The translations under genes and the position numbers were made by a program. Shown piece by piece: positions 36,001 to 51,000 of a stretch of DNA of 64,000 nucleotides; position 1 is the stretch's first letter; each line of letters opens with the position of its first letter. Below the pieces are notes generated by a model, which was not told the origin of the DNA, did not search any database, and saw only the letters and a list, made by a program, of their open reading frames with translations. The DNA lies in assembly GCA_002633005.1 (NCBI GenBank), contig NMRA01000018.1, forward strand, positions 1,251,531 through 1,315,530. Direction: 5' to 3'. This DNA comes from Phoronis australis. Its lineage: Eukaryota > Animalia > Phoronida.

Positions 36001-39000
36001 CAGAGGAACTATATGGAGTGCCAGGAGTGCTTTGATACCAGCAACATGACAAACTGAATAACTTAAGGTAATAGGCTGCCTTCGTTACCAAGTTGTTAAA
36101 TGCCTTTAAAGCATGAGTCTGAACTAGTAGTCTCTTATGTATCAAATGCTACCGATCCTTGGTTACAGAATTTTAGTATTACATAATGTACAGATTTCAT
36201 AACTATGGGATTTTTTCCCTAAAAAACTTGAAATTTCCACAAACATGATTTTTTTCGAATTAAATTTGAAAATTTTGTTGCTTTATTCTATCTCCTATAA
36301 AAGCGTGTCTGGTATTTTCTTTTAAGGCCGTTTAGCCGAGAACTGAAAAAGAAGACCCGAACACTGCTCGATGAAATCGGAAGTCTTGATTTTTGACACG
36401 TTGAGCTCTTGGGCTAAAGGCTTGAAAATAAAACATAGTTTTGTATCAAATAAAATAAAGAAATTATAGAATTTGATAGTTCCATGTAAAAATCATGGTT
36501 GAGAAAAAAGCAATCGTACCATTAGGAACAACTGCGCATTGTTTCCATGCTCACTATAAGAATCTGCGATCATCAAGGATTTCAAAAGTATGTAGTTTTA
36601 TGAGTCTACTCTTGACTTAAAATTCAATCCATGATAACGGAGGTAGACTCACTGTTACCTTTTAGCTCTTCACACCCATAAAAACAAAGCAGAGTCAAGA
36701 GCAGTAACTGTACACTAATTTCCTGTTGCCATGTGTTTTTAAAGGTGACACCCTACATGTTTCTAGGGTGCCATCCTATGTGTTTCTAGGGGTAACATCC
36801 AATGTGTTTCCAGGGGTGACAACCTATGTGTTTCTAGGGTGACATCCTATGTTTTTCTAGGTGTGACATCCCATGTGTTTCTAGGGGTGACACTCTATGT
36901 GTTTCTAGGGGTGACATCCCATGTGTTTCTAGGCATGACATCCAATGTGCTGCTAGGGGTGACAGCCTATGCGTTTCTAGGGGTGACATCCTATGTGTTT
37001 CTAGGGGTGACATCCTAACTGTTTCTAGAGGTGACATCCTACGTGTTTCTAGGGGTGACATCCCATGTGTTTCTAGGGGTTACATCCTGTGCGTTCCTGG
37101 GGTGCTCAATATACAAAACTAATCAATGATACAAAGTGATGAATACAACGAAAACTGGTTGGTATTTTGTCTAGGTTTCAGTTGTCTTAACACAAAATGA
37201 AATACCATCTTCTGCTATACCCTATAGCCACTGCCTGCATTAACACTAAGGTTTAACATACCTTCAAATCCCTGTATATCACACCATTTCTGTTTAAGAA
37301 GTCTGAAACAAGACATTTTTATTATCAACTGAAGGAATGTAAGATTAAAATTGATTTGATGCAACCTGTCATTTTATGCACTCAACGCATGATAACTAGT
37401 GTCTCCATATGGAACCAAGTGAACTTATTTGTCCACCCATACTAGTGTTGGGTGCATAAAATGACAATCCCACAAAACCAACGTACCAAGCCTATTCTCG
37501 AGCAGTTCTTCATAAACTTTGAATAACATCCTGTTCTACCTGTCACTTTAAACAGTAAGTGACTTAAATCAAACACCTGTATGTACACTAAGTAACTGAG
37601 CAAGTACGCAGCTAGCAACTACTTTCCACTTGTCTGCAGGTTTTTGTCCACACTGCGACTTGCATTGGGGCAAGTTAGCCTAGAACAAGTTACCCTACTT
37701 CAATATGGTGGGATAAGTTGGCACACGCGTGTCAAGTTGCTCTAGTGCAAATAGAGTCCGCACTGCCACTAAACGTAGTGACACCTTGTTCCGGGAATAA
37801 TTTATTTTCGGTTAACCCGCAGCATGGATGGCACTACGAATTAACAAAAATTGAGGTGCGGAGTCAAAGAGCGCACTCACCTAAAACCATAGCAACTTCA
37901 GCAATGTAAAGTCTGACAAAATCCTCTGGGAAACAGCCAACATCCATCCACCAATCAAGTAGTTCACCATTAGAAATGTAGTCCATCACTAAAAAGAACC
38001 ACAATTTCAAAACCATGTGGACAGTTACTCTAACTGAATAGAACACAGTGGTAATGCAACTTTATGAAACACTTTTGGGATCAGAATATATGTGCTGAAA
38101 AATCGACTGATGAAAAATGTATGGTAATTCTTCAGTTATCTAGCACACAATATGGCCGACAACTGAAATTCCATTTTGCAAAAGTTCTCCACCGAAATAA
38201 AACTGAAGAAAAATTTAGTCTATTACATGCATGGCGTCCGTTCCAAAGAAACTGAATTGGCTAAGACAAATCTTAAATTTAAGTCAATTTAAGATAAAAC
38301 TTCAATTTGTCTTAAGTCCGTTCCAAGAAAATGATCTTAAGTTTGACTTAATATGTTTTTACTTAAGTTTTGTCTCAAACTTTACTAACTTACTGGATGT
38401 GTAACTCTCAAAGTTTGGAAGTTGAGACAAATCTTAGACTTCAGAGTTTCTTGGAACGGGCCCATGGTTTGTACTGAGTGAATCCCTTAAAACAACAATT
38501 GGTAAAATTTCCAATATTTGCAGCAAAGTAATTGGCTTTTGAAATACAGAAAAAATGACAATTTTGGCAATTATTTTTGTGTGAAATAAGTGGAGAATTA
38601 CCGCAGTTTCCAAAAGTTTCAGGAAGTCTACTCGCTAATCACGCCATCAGCAATTTGTCACAGATCATATTTTATTGCTCTTGGACTGCAACCAAAAATG
38701 TAACAGGTCAAAATTGAATGCAAGACGAGGAGGAAAATTTATGGAGGGAGGCAGGCAGACACCCTCACCCCCTCCAGAGCAAATCCTCCGGCACATACCC
38801 ATGGTCAAAACAAAAGTTCGACTTACGTAAAACTGAAATGCTTCAATGAGTCGGGGAGTATCCCCACCAGTAAATTTCAGTTACTGCAGAAAGTGTCACA
38901 GGTTATAATGTTATTGCACGTACCAAGAAACAAGTTCTTCTGATATTGCCAGTAGAAATGACAGCTGACAATGAAGGGGTGATGGCCAAAATCATCCTGG

Positions 39001-42000
39001 AACATGTAAACATTGGTTGCATAGACAACAACAGTGGCACATGTATAAATGTAATCACATGACAGTAAATGAAAATCAAAATGTTTCATACAATATTTGA
39101 ACAGAATATTACCCATTCCATGTTTGTGTTCACTGTTGGTAGCAGTTGGCATAGATAATACAATGAGGTAGAATTATAAATGGTAGAAAATAATTAAAGC
39201 GGCATTTCTTCCTGTTTAGCTGGTTAAATGACATAAATAATAAATTAGGCACATTATTCTCAGAAAAATGGTCTCGTGATAGTCTTAAATGTGACACGAT
39301 TCCATTTCCATTACCAACTCAAGTCACAGGCAATTTGTATGGGTATGCGCCATATTCAGAATTACAATTTTAGGGCTGGCCAACCCCAATAAACTTTGAT
39401 GGTTCTGATGATCTTGTTGATAGTGGAAATAGAATCCTATCGCAGTAAGGGCTTTTACAAGACTAATTTTATGAGAACAAAAGGCGTAATTTGATTTTCA
39501 TTGTTAGTCAGCTCCCATCAGGGTGAAATTCAGCTTTAAGATTTAAAACTATCAATCTTTCTCAGCTGACTGAAGTTTGTTGAAACAATAAGCCAGGCAC
39601 ATGGCACACGCTTCACAATAAGCTGAGTTCTAACATATGTTGAACTATAACAGTTGATGATACATTATACATCTACAATGAATTATGAGCGAAACAATCA
39701 AGCCACATACACCATTAATTCTGAAAATTGTTAACGTCAAGTCGAGCAAAAACAATTTACGAACTTCACTCAGTTGACGAGTAGTTGTATCAAGAACCTC
39801 TATGAAACATTACTCAAAATCTTTCTCAAGAAAAACCTGCTGGAAAACAAACTGTAGAGAGTTCTCACAAGTTAGCTAGAAGATCCGCATAAGGAGAGCA
39901 TACCTAAAGCAACGTAGGTATCAGACTGTCCGCAGTATTTTTATACGTTATGTAATACGCTAGAAAAATGTCCAAATTTGGCTCACTTCATAACATCATA
40001 TCTCAGAAATATCTGTACACATTCATATGAAACTTTCAAATCAAATGTTTTAGGCACTCATCTCAAAAACGCTGTTAGGTATTGCTTTTAACGTGTCCCT
40101 CCTTTTAACATGTCCCCCCTTTGCATGAGGGACTATCAGAATATAGGACTTTTATGATTTTCAAGAAAAAAAATTTAAAATAGCATAAAACAAAAACGAA
40201 ATGATATTACAGAAAACTGTTACAGTGTTTTCAAAATCTCACCTTGAGTATTCATCAAATAAAATTTAATCATGTCATTGATACCACTGTTTTGCTATTC
40301 GTGTACCTTTCTTTTTTGCTAAATTTTACTAAAAACACATGATCACGTGACCCCAATTAATAATGGAATGGTGAAGAGACGAAAATCAAATTCTACAAGC
40401 GTTCTACTTTCAGAAATTATATTTAAAATGTATAGTTTTGAAGATATTTGGTTAAATACCCAGTCATGTCATTAAGGTCCTACATAACGTTAAAACGGAA
40501 ACAACAATAACAACAACAACAACAACAACAGAAACAGCAACAACAAACTCATACCAGGATCGTCACTTCATCTTTACTCTGTTGTATGGCATTTTCCACA
40601 ATAATCTGTGTTTTTTCCAAAATCTAGAAAACAGGAATTCAAGAGACTGCAAAAACTTCATGAAATACAGAGCTATGAACCACATTACACTACTGAAATA
40701 TGCACGACATAGTCATGATTGTTACACATCTTCAGACAAGTAAAATAACAAAACAGTTCTGAATCATATATAATGATGTGATCACGCCTAAGAAACTGTG
40801 AACTTGTTTAGTAATCTCCCATCGACCATTTTAACAGATCAAGACAAAGAAGTCTCATTACAATGGATAGTGGGATGTCAGTCATCTAAAACAGACTGAA
40901 ACCAACCAATGAAAACAGAGAATGTACATCTGAGTTTCTGCCCAACAGATGGCATCTCACAAATTTGTAATAGAAAAAAAGTAAATTTATGTAGGGATAC
41001 GATACTACCCTACGTTAAACAAATGCCACTTTCTTGCTGTTTCTTAGTGCTTGCTACACTATCTCTAAAAAGAAGCTTCCTAAAAATTAAATTCTGAAAA
41101 CAGCACAAAATCTGAATACTTTTACCAAGTACATAACGTAGTTCGTTGTTGTTTGCTTTCATGTTACAACACCCATAAAAAGAGACCACTCCTAAAAAAT
41201 TCCCATAACAGCACAATACCTGCACACAGCCAGTAGCTATTTTTACCCAATTTTTGTAGGTCATAGTTGGCTTTAATGTTACACCATCAGTAATAAGGAA
41301 ATACAATTCTATTAATTTGCACAAAAATGTTACAAATTTAATTACTGATTCTACTGGCACCCACTGTGCAAATTACCTATTTTTATGACCTACATACAGT
41401 TAATGGAGGTGCATGAAATTTTCAAATATGCACACATGATAAACATAGCAAATTTTAAGAGTGACGAACCAATAGACTGTACAAATTAAAAGAGGAATTA
41501 CAGATCTATTCTCAAGTCACCTTCACCGTTTGACCTTGCGCAGTAACTGAACATAACAGTACCATGTACCGTGATCTGGACATTAGTCAGTATTAAACAA
41601 GCATCTATTCTAGGATGCTGTCAAAGACGATACGTTACAATGATATGGTAAATTATTAAGTAATGCACAGTGTAAGAGTTAATCCAACCATTATGAACAT
41701 CCTTTTTATGCTCAAAGATAACAAAGTGACTTCCAAAGAAACTACTGCTTTGTGAAAGGAAACTTTATGCACGTGACTGTAAAGTAAAAACTAAAAATAT
41801 CAAAGATATTGATAACAATGTATTTCTTTCGGCTCCCTCTGGGAGTCCAATGTTCAACAGTATATCATGCTGTAAATGAGAACACAAAACATCAGAATAA
41901 CACACAGACTCAGAGCACAAACTACAATAATTACAGAACACCATTACAAATTTACACACAAGAAACACAATCTTACTAAGTCCTCACCTTCATGGCATAT

Positions 42001-45000
42001 ATCTTATGATCCACAGTACACTTGACCCTTAGAACGTTACCGTAGGCCCCTTTGGCTATCAAGTTGAGCACCTGAAATCATACAAGGGCCCAGTCACAAC
42101 TAGGTAGTTCTCACCACATTCTCAAGGACTTAAGCACAACAGGCTAAAACTGAGTTGGAACTAAATAACCATAGGAGACACTCGCGACAATCTGAGTAAG
42201 ATCTTCGTGGACAACATCACAGTCACTACTTGCATGAATACACCACTATACTTGAAAACGAAGCGTTATGTCCCAACTACAAGGGTTCTGCATGTTTGGA
42301 ACCCGCATGCTCTCATGTTTGCATTGTTTAAATTGATGCTAAAACAAAGCATTGTGTCCTAAACAACAATGGAAAACAATTATTTTTGCAGTGCCACCAA
42401 ATTGTGCAAGTAGTGAATTGAAGCCATGTTTGGGCTGAAGTTACCTGTTTATATCTGGCCTGAATCCATTTTGGCTTTAACAACAGCAAATGCACAACCT
42501 GGAGATTTAGACTAAAATTTGAAATTTCGAGTTTAAACTCGAACTTTTAATCATGATGGTGTTGTCATTAAGTGCAAACAAGGATTAGACAGCTATTAAC
42601 GCAAGACATTATGTACTCAAGCATAGAATAAGACATTCATCTTGATTTTGCACAACAGCATAACAGAAAATGTCAGAAATAATTCAAGAGTTCAAACTTG
42701 AGTAAAAAGATTAGACCTCGAGCCCTGGTTTAGTGGTAGGATGAAAGTGACCTCCACATGATCAAAAATTAAATTTTGTTCAACAAGCGGGGCAGACTCC
42801 TTCTACACACATTGATGGCAACACCTTATTATGATATCCTTAGTTTAATACATGGTCACCATCAGAAAACCATAAACTATTGTTAGGCTGTGCTCAGCTT
42901 TGCCAGACAGGGTACAGGTAATTGGTGTTTTTGCTGCTATTTTCTGTTAGCCTCAGTTTTATGAGTGGGCAGTGAGCAGAATACAAAAATTCAATTTCAG
43001 AGCTACTGTATAAATATTGCAGTTGTGTGCCAATTCTGACCATTCTGTGTTGTTAAATGATGTGCTTAGAGTTTCCTTCCACCAAGCTTGGTAGCGATGT
43101 AGGTGAATACAAAATTGAATTTCTTTCACACATGGATATTTCGCAACATTTGGGCATTTTGTCTAAATCATTTAAGCATCCCATGATATAGTTAAGAGAC
43201 AATGTAATGGCACGATGAGTGCAAAATATTTAAGAAACGTTGTAAAATCCCAATGAGCATTTAAAGGGACATCATCGTTTTATGGCTGAAAAACGCTTTT
43301 TAGAGATTATTTACGTATGGGATAGATTTCTTGAGTTATAGCTTTACCAGACCTATAAAACAACAAAATATATGGTTTTTTGTGATTTTATAAGAAATCC
43401 ACAATTCTCATCGTTGTATGTGAGATATTCCTGTCTTTTTCTGTTAAAAACACTTAAAACATTATGCTATTTATCGAGTGGGATTTAGCTCTGTCAGCAG
43501 ACTGGAAGGCTGCGACTGCGGCGTTCTTGGTTTGATTCTGCACTGAGGCTAAAATTCAAAATTACTTTCTTGCTTATAGTGTCCCTTTGAACCATCATCA
43601 TGCTATTTATAGGTGGCAATGAATGTTTGTCTACCAAAAATTCTATTGACAACCAGAAACACAACAAACTTCAATAGGTTGTCTCCAAATTGGAAACAGG
43701 CTATTGAACATCTAGTTCACCAAAAATACACAAAGCTGTGTTTTGCCTCCACAAATGCACAATAGTTCACAATAAAACACTATACACAGAACTCCGCATC
43801 TTAATTATTAACAACAAGTGGAGATAACTCCCCTTTGCAATTCCTGGGAAATTAGTTGACATCTCTAAAATAGTGTGCCAGATTTCACACCATAAACTAA
43901 CAAGGGAATTGAGAGACAGTAAAACTATACATAACAACCGACAGTTTGAACCAAGACACCACAAATACTGTATACTCTTGAACAAACACCCACAGCACCT
44001 TTCAATTTATTTGGATCCTACTTGAAATTTGAGGGTGGACACATCAATGAGAAATGTCAGCCGTTGGTAATTTCCAAACAAACATGCTTGACGATCGTTC
44101 TGGATATTCCAGGGCTTGGAATGACCAATGACAAAAAAGAGGAAAATTTTCCAGGTGATGTATCTTTCCACAAATAAATAGGATCGTGTGATAGAAATAG
44201 TTTTGTGTTGTAAAATTTAACTGAAAGAATTTTTTTGCATGAATAAAGTCAAAATAATAATAAAAAACAGACAAAAAGAGAAAACTGGAAATCAAATAAG
44301 AGGCAATCGAAACCAAAAAAAGAGGAAATCATCTTAAAAGAGGAAACTTCCAAGCCCTGAAAACCTTAGGAAAATGTTTAATAATTGGATGTGCGGAGAC
44401 TTCACTAACAGTTGGGACACTCTAATACTCTGTACACCTCCCTTGAAACACAGCGTCTCTCTCTAATACTTTGTACAGCAGGTGTATGCTCATTTGGATC
44501 TGGGCAGGCACTACTAGTTTACAGCACAAACATCTGGATGATCGGAGAACACATTAGGATACTTGAGGGGGATGTCTAATTGGCAATCCATCACATGTCA
44601 ATTTACCACTTGCTTATAACTGAGACATGTACATTCCAATCACACAGCAGTGGACTGTGATATTGATCTTGTGCGAATAAACAAAGGAATATGGAAAAAC
44701 TAGACAGAGCAAAAACTAGTCCCCAGCAGCAAATAAATATTTGTACATTCCAGGGAAAGCCCTATAAACCTGTCTTCCATCACAAAAACCACTTCTGATT
44801 AAGACCAGTTACCCCATGGAATTACTAGATTTTCCTTACTCAAATTAGAGGTGTTTTGAGGGCTTGGAATTTACTGACAGGTCTTCATTTTGAGACCAGG
44901 CTATACAAGTTGTCTTCGTCATGTCAGGGCATGTCATTTTATTTGCCAAGCGTGGTGCCAACGAATGGAAGACTTTCAGGAAGCAATGGGGGTTGACCAC

Positions 45001-48000
45001 GTGGGACCGGTGACCCATATCGCCACCTAGCTGTACCAGTAGTTGCTTCGACTTCGCAGCGGGTGGCATAGGGGAGCAGACTGCCTTCATGAAAAGACTA
45101 TTTTACAGTGTATGTGATTGGACGTGATGAGATTTACAACACAGTTATAAAGTGTTTTCGTGTCCTCTGGAGGTCACTCGGGTATTCTGCTCCACATTAT
45201 TAGAAAGTCTCCCATTATAAAGGGAAAATTTTTTACAAACACAAAATTCCCCCATATCAGTACCAAATGTGAACCTTGCACCTTGCAGTGATAAGCAGTC
45301 TTAATGAAAAGTTTTCTTGACAAGACCCAGGTTTATAGCGGACAAGACTTTAATAAGGCAAAGCTATGGTTGACAATGTTCCCCAGTTTAAACTAAGCCA
45401 TGTTCCAGATAGATTAGCATCTCAAGTCTTGATATTAAACAAGTCTCCCACCATGTGACACAATTAACATGAGACAGGATAAATGATAAAAAGGTTTTAT
45501 CTTGTGTGTGACACTATTAACATGAGACAGGATAAATGATAAAAAGGTTTTATCTTGTTCTCAAAGTTGACACACAGGTTTGTATAACCCTGTAACTCCA
45601 TTACATGACCAGACCTCCACCTCCAGGAAATCACAAAAGAGACAGCACATACAGGAATTGTGTAATTTGTGGATAATTGTCTCAGTAGTCAATTGAGTCT
45701 GTCAAACAGGGCAATCCAGGTACCCTCAATTTGTGATGGGCACAACCCAGGGGTTAAAATTTCCTTTGTAAAACGACAATGAAAACACCAACATTCTTTT
45801 TCAATGTAGGAAATAGAATAGTGCGAGAAAATTGATAAATTTTTAATTATTTCTTAAGCCAAAGGCATTTTTCCTCGTAAAAGGAAATTTCCCTATTTCC
45901 ATTTGTTACAGAAGAGTATTTTTCCACTTGTTACAGAAGTGTATTTTCGTTATAAAGCACATATTTCAAAAAGATAAAATGTCATTATTCGCATAATCTG
46001 GAATATTTTGTTATTTTATCGGAGTTGACATAATTTCATAATGCGACCACAGTTGTACCACGAGATATATGACCTCCAAAAGCAGACATTACCTTAAAAT
46101 TCTGTTCACTGACGTCTGTGTCGACGGGAAACTCGGGAAGAAACAACGAATCGCTGTAAGTTGGCTTCTCAGGTGAGGCGATGGATTTCAGGTTTTCTGT
46201 TGACTTCTTAAGTTTACGCTTAGAACCAAATTTGAAAAATGGAGACCAGAGCTTTCCTTGAGAAGAGGACCGTGCCAAGTTGGCTGGAACGGAGTGGGAA
46301 TTTGGGAGTGCCTGGAAACATAAAGAATTTTTTATCAAATATTTATATTGAAATCAGAAGTTCACCATTATTAGTTGGCTAACAATTCTTATACTAAAAT
46401 AAAATCTGTCTCAAAAATGGCCTTACGATGACAGAACTTCTGAAAAATAAACCTTGTTTTTTTATTTACCAGACGGCAAAATTTAAAATCGCACCATACC
46501 ATACAAAAATCTATTTAGTTATTTAAGGGCAAAATTACTGTCAACTAAAGAAAAGCATAGCATTAATATTTCGAACTTGCAATTGCAATAATGTCCACAT
46601 CTGACGGTGGACAAAATTACACAATGATGCAGGTGAAAGGATGTGCTTTGATTATAACAGAGCAATGAGTGATGGACAATAATAATGTGTACAGTACAGA
46701 TGACCTGGTACCCCACAGCACCAGGTGTTGGTCCCACAAATGATTCAACATGCCTTGATCTAGGATTCACAGTTGAATCCTAGCCTTGATCTCATTGCAC
46801 TGCCATCTACTGACTACAGTTCAAAATACAAGATATCCCAAAACAAGTGTAATGAGTGGTTGCAAGGTTCAGGCATGACTGGCGCTAAGGCAAGATAACT
46901 TCACTGACCTTATCAGGTATGGTAACCTGTTAAGGGTAACTTACCTCAACCTAATTTGGCATGGTTTAAATACTTTTGCACATAATACATAAGTGATGGG
47001 TGACTCGATATTCACTAGGTGGCGCTAATGAATAAAGGGTCCCATTTTTAACATCTCAATAGATTAAGAGCACAAAGCAGTTCATAAGCTTGGGGGAGCC
47101 AGTGGGTTAACAGTCTTACATTACTACCTGAAATCACACACTTCTATAGGTAGGACTGATGTCTACGTAACCTGTAAATTTTGTTTTACCCAGTTGAGTT
47201 ACATAGTAAATACATACTGACAATAACTTCCTTTGCATCACAAGCCGTAGGATGTGTGCTATGGACATCCAACAAAATGTTCTAGTCTAACGCGCAGTGT
47301 GTGGATATGACTTAAGAGTGGCCACCAACATGATTTTTTTAACAAAGAGAAGAACATAAATGACTTCTCAGCAGTGCAAAGTCACCCTATGTTTTACTCA
47401 GGGTTTTCACTCAATGGGCGTGCAATGACAACCTTCCCCACCTCAGTACAGAAATCAAGGCCATATCTTCCACAAGCACTATTTTATTCTCTAACCATTA
47501 TTTTACGGCTTTGATACCAATACATTAAATTTAACAAAACCAGACATTTGAAAGCAGATATTATGCCCTGCAGTGTTGTGGTATGCAATATAGACACAAC
47601 AACTTCAAATATTTGTGAAATGCATAGCTTGTGTTATGCATTCATGGTATAAACATGCCATACATTGACAGTGACGTCCCAATTTTGAAGCCATTATTTT
47701 TACTAATATAGCAGCTTAAAATAGCAAAATTTAGGATGATGCTCACATAGAACAAGACAAGGGATTTGTTTAACAACCCTGATTATAAGTTTTTAGCCTA
47801 ATGACACTTATGTCTTATATACACACCTTTTGCATACAACTTCTAACTATCGTAGTGTAAAACTTTAATACATGACTGATTGCACAGGTGTTTTCAAAAT
47901 TGACTTTTCCAGCTACAAACAGTATCTCAGCGTCGCCGTAAATAAGTTTCCTAGGTAAATATTAAATTTTCTCTTCATTTGAGACTATGTGAAGAATTTT

Positions 48001-51000
48001 CATTTGAGTAAGTCGTTACTTGCCAACTTATCATTTATTGCAATAGTTTGACAATGTTTTTGCGTCAAAATTGTTGAAACTAGATCATGCAAGTTGTAGA
48101 AAATGACCACTAATTGAGACATTTTTATATAATTTCACAATTATTGCTCTATTAAAATTTAAAATATCATGTAGTAAAGGCAATCAAACTGTTCGGATTG
48201 CCTACATTTAGCAAAAATACAAGTTTCATCCAATTTCACAGTTTCTTAATCAATTAACATTTTGCTGTCCCTGTAAACTCCCTTCTCATAAAGCAGATTT
48301 GTCAATAGGCTTCAGAATAACAGAACAAGAAACACTAGCAAATCTTTTGTTGTTTTTGTACCTATGATAAATAATGCAGCCCTGAACTAGGTATGAACAA
48401 ACAGAAATCACAAATAGGCCCAATTTATAAGACACCTTGAGCATACAAAGGAATGTGATCTCAACAGCATAATGACTCCATTAACATGTAGGCATAGACC
48501 ACAGTTTCCATGTTGCAGAGATGGACCACTTGACAACCCCAGAGCACCCCGATGATAAAATGCGTGAATTCAGGCCCAGCATATTCACCTGTATAGAAAG
48601 CATTTCATACAGTGTACAGTAATTGCCTAACATGTCTCTATAAGTTACAAATTAAACATACCTGGTATCTATTTAGGTTAAATCCCAGGGCATTGTAATT
48701 ATTGAGAAGCACAAAAATCACATGTGCATGTCACCTTAGTTCTGACCTGATTAAATAACACAACATTCCACAGACTACCGGAACCAGAATTTCCATTTGT
48801 CTTGTCTCCTTTCCAACTGAGAGAGATTAAAGAATTCGTATGGAAAGCCACGTCGAAAAGTGTTCTTGGATTGAATGGGATTTCTTCTAAACTACACAAG
48901 AACTATGCACTGTAACAGTGCTACAGCAGCTGGCCTCATTACTTCAGAGCACACAGAAAACTCTTCAGTTTCACACAAATATAACTAATAACAATAAAGT
49001 TTTCCATGTTATTTTAAAGGTTGATTGTGTTAAAATCTTGAAAATCATTTACTAACAGGGCTTGAAGCAGTGCCAACTTGGCGAATAACAAAACGTAAAA
49101 TTCCCAGATCATTGAACGAGAAATAAGATTGCCAAAACTAAGAAACCCAGTATGCGAGGAGCCTCTGTAAATAAGGCACAGTTGGCAACAGTCAGAAACA
49201 AAACAATGAGATTTCAGAATTGAAGAACGAAATTCCGCCGGAACACCAGAGACTGCAAGGTCGGCCTTTTTAGTTGAATGGAAAATTTGGAGTACCGGTA
49301 TGTGGTTTGCTATGTAATGCTTAGCTTCTCCCTTATAGGCTTACCTACTACCGTTTCGACCCTACCTGAAGGAAAAGCACAGAATACAATATGAAAACCT
49401 AGGTATGAGTATGAATAGGCCCACTCAAATTTTGAGGAACAATTCCGTCTCCCATCTGTTTACTTCCAGCAGTATTTTGAGCACATGCTCAGATGAGTCC
49501 ATGGTGACCTCATGACAACTTCAGGATTTTTACTAGATCATCAAACAAAACGTGAGGTCGCACTGGTGACTTGCAATTCACCAAATAAGCCCTGATAGCT
49601 TAAGCAGTTCAAATTGTGCTAAATTGAGATCTAATGATTTTAAAAATTTCTACTTTATAAACAAATTTTACACAACATATTCCTGAATTCATAAAAGTAA
49701 GATAACACCCACCTATCTGATACCAATGGCTCACACATGAATTCATTGTTTTCACACACTTCCTACACAAAATACTAAACAAGAAGATAAATAATCTTAT
49801 ACCACAATATTAGCGTCAAATAGCAGATAAAACCGTGTAATAACCCATAAAGTTATCTCACTAGTGAGATAACGATTTGGCGGGAAACCGAGGACGGAGT
49901 CGAACCCGGGACCTTGGTATTGCTGATCGCCGACTTTAACCACTACACCACGCAGCGACTGACGTCATCAAGAGTGAAAATAGAATACTTAAATGAGCAC
50001 GCGCAATAATCGCACGTTCAACAAACCACATTGTACTGTACTTATACGCTGCGAAAAATAAGACACATAATTTCCATAAAAATGACATCTTAATTCAATG
50101 AAATATTTCTCTCATGTCCTCTTACTTGTAAATCACCGATCTCCAGTTTGAATGCGGGTATCGTGTCGTCAGGATCTTTGGCTTGAGAATTATATTCAGT
50201 TACCAGTGGTAACCTACTTTAGCAGACGATAATTTCCCGGTCAAAGCTTAGCGTGAAAAAAACGTGTTTTAAGCTATAATAGTTGGTAAACCTTAATTTA
50301 TAAATTCAGTTTATTTCTATTATATTTAAGTTTTCAATTGGTTTTGAGTAAAAGCATTATTTGACAAAAATAGCCCGGCTTTTCTTAAAAGGTCACGACC
50401 TCCGACCCCGGGCCTCTGACCTAGAAAGTAGTTACAAAGCCGTGGAGAGTCAGAAAAGGTAAATCGATTCATTGCAATGTTTCTCGTTTAGTATGTGGTA
50501 TAAATAGATTATTACATGTTCTCAGCCGTTATCCCCCTTATCTAGAGCCCTCGTGGATTTTGGAGAATTATCACCCTCGGGGCTAACGCCCCTCGGGCGA
50601 TAATTCTCCAAAATCCACTCGGGCTCTAGATAACGGGGGATAACGACTTCGCCATGTAATAATCTATATATATATCACAGATAGGGAGTAATCTTTTGAA
50701 AACACACAAACACAGTTTCTTCACACACACACAAGCATAATGACAGCTGCATTGCTTTGATTAAACAGATTTGAAATGTGCCTAAAGAAGAGTGGGTTGT
50801 ATGTCTACACTGCGTAAGGCATTTTAATCTGAATTTACACGATGAAAACAAAAAGTGATCTAGTCCAGAAACAAGATAGGATAATTATTCACTTTCAGTA
50901 GCAACATGCCAAAAATCTGGTTTAATAACGTCACTTTGAGGAGAAATTTATTTCATGCAAAACAAGTAGAGATTTACCTCAAGCTTACTTTCCCGTCCAC

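Noticed and set aside
36729-37103. Regular 24-bp repeats (CRISPR-like?) and MSPLETHR repeat ORF
   Set aside because: The units are contiguous with no unique spacers, there are no cas genes, and the context is a eukaryotic intron. The ORF is a by-product of unit length being a multiple of 3.
46706-48817. Extra kinase exons (DSTVNPRS...GYQ at ~46706-46780; WKGDKTNG...FNQ at ~48747-48816)
   Set aside because: Splice sites are weak or phases do not match. They are not needed, since exon 1 joins 46311 in phase. They cannot be excluded without RNA data.
49889-49959. Possible tRNA gene
   Set aside because: A/B boxes are good but the cloverleaf stems are broken.
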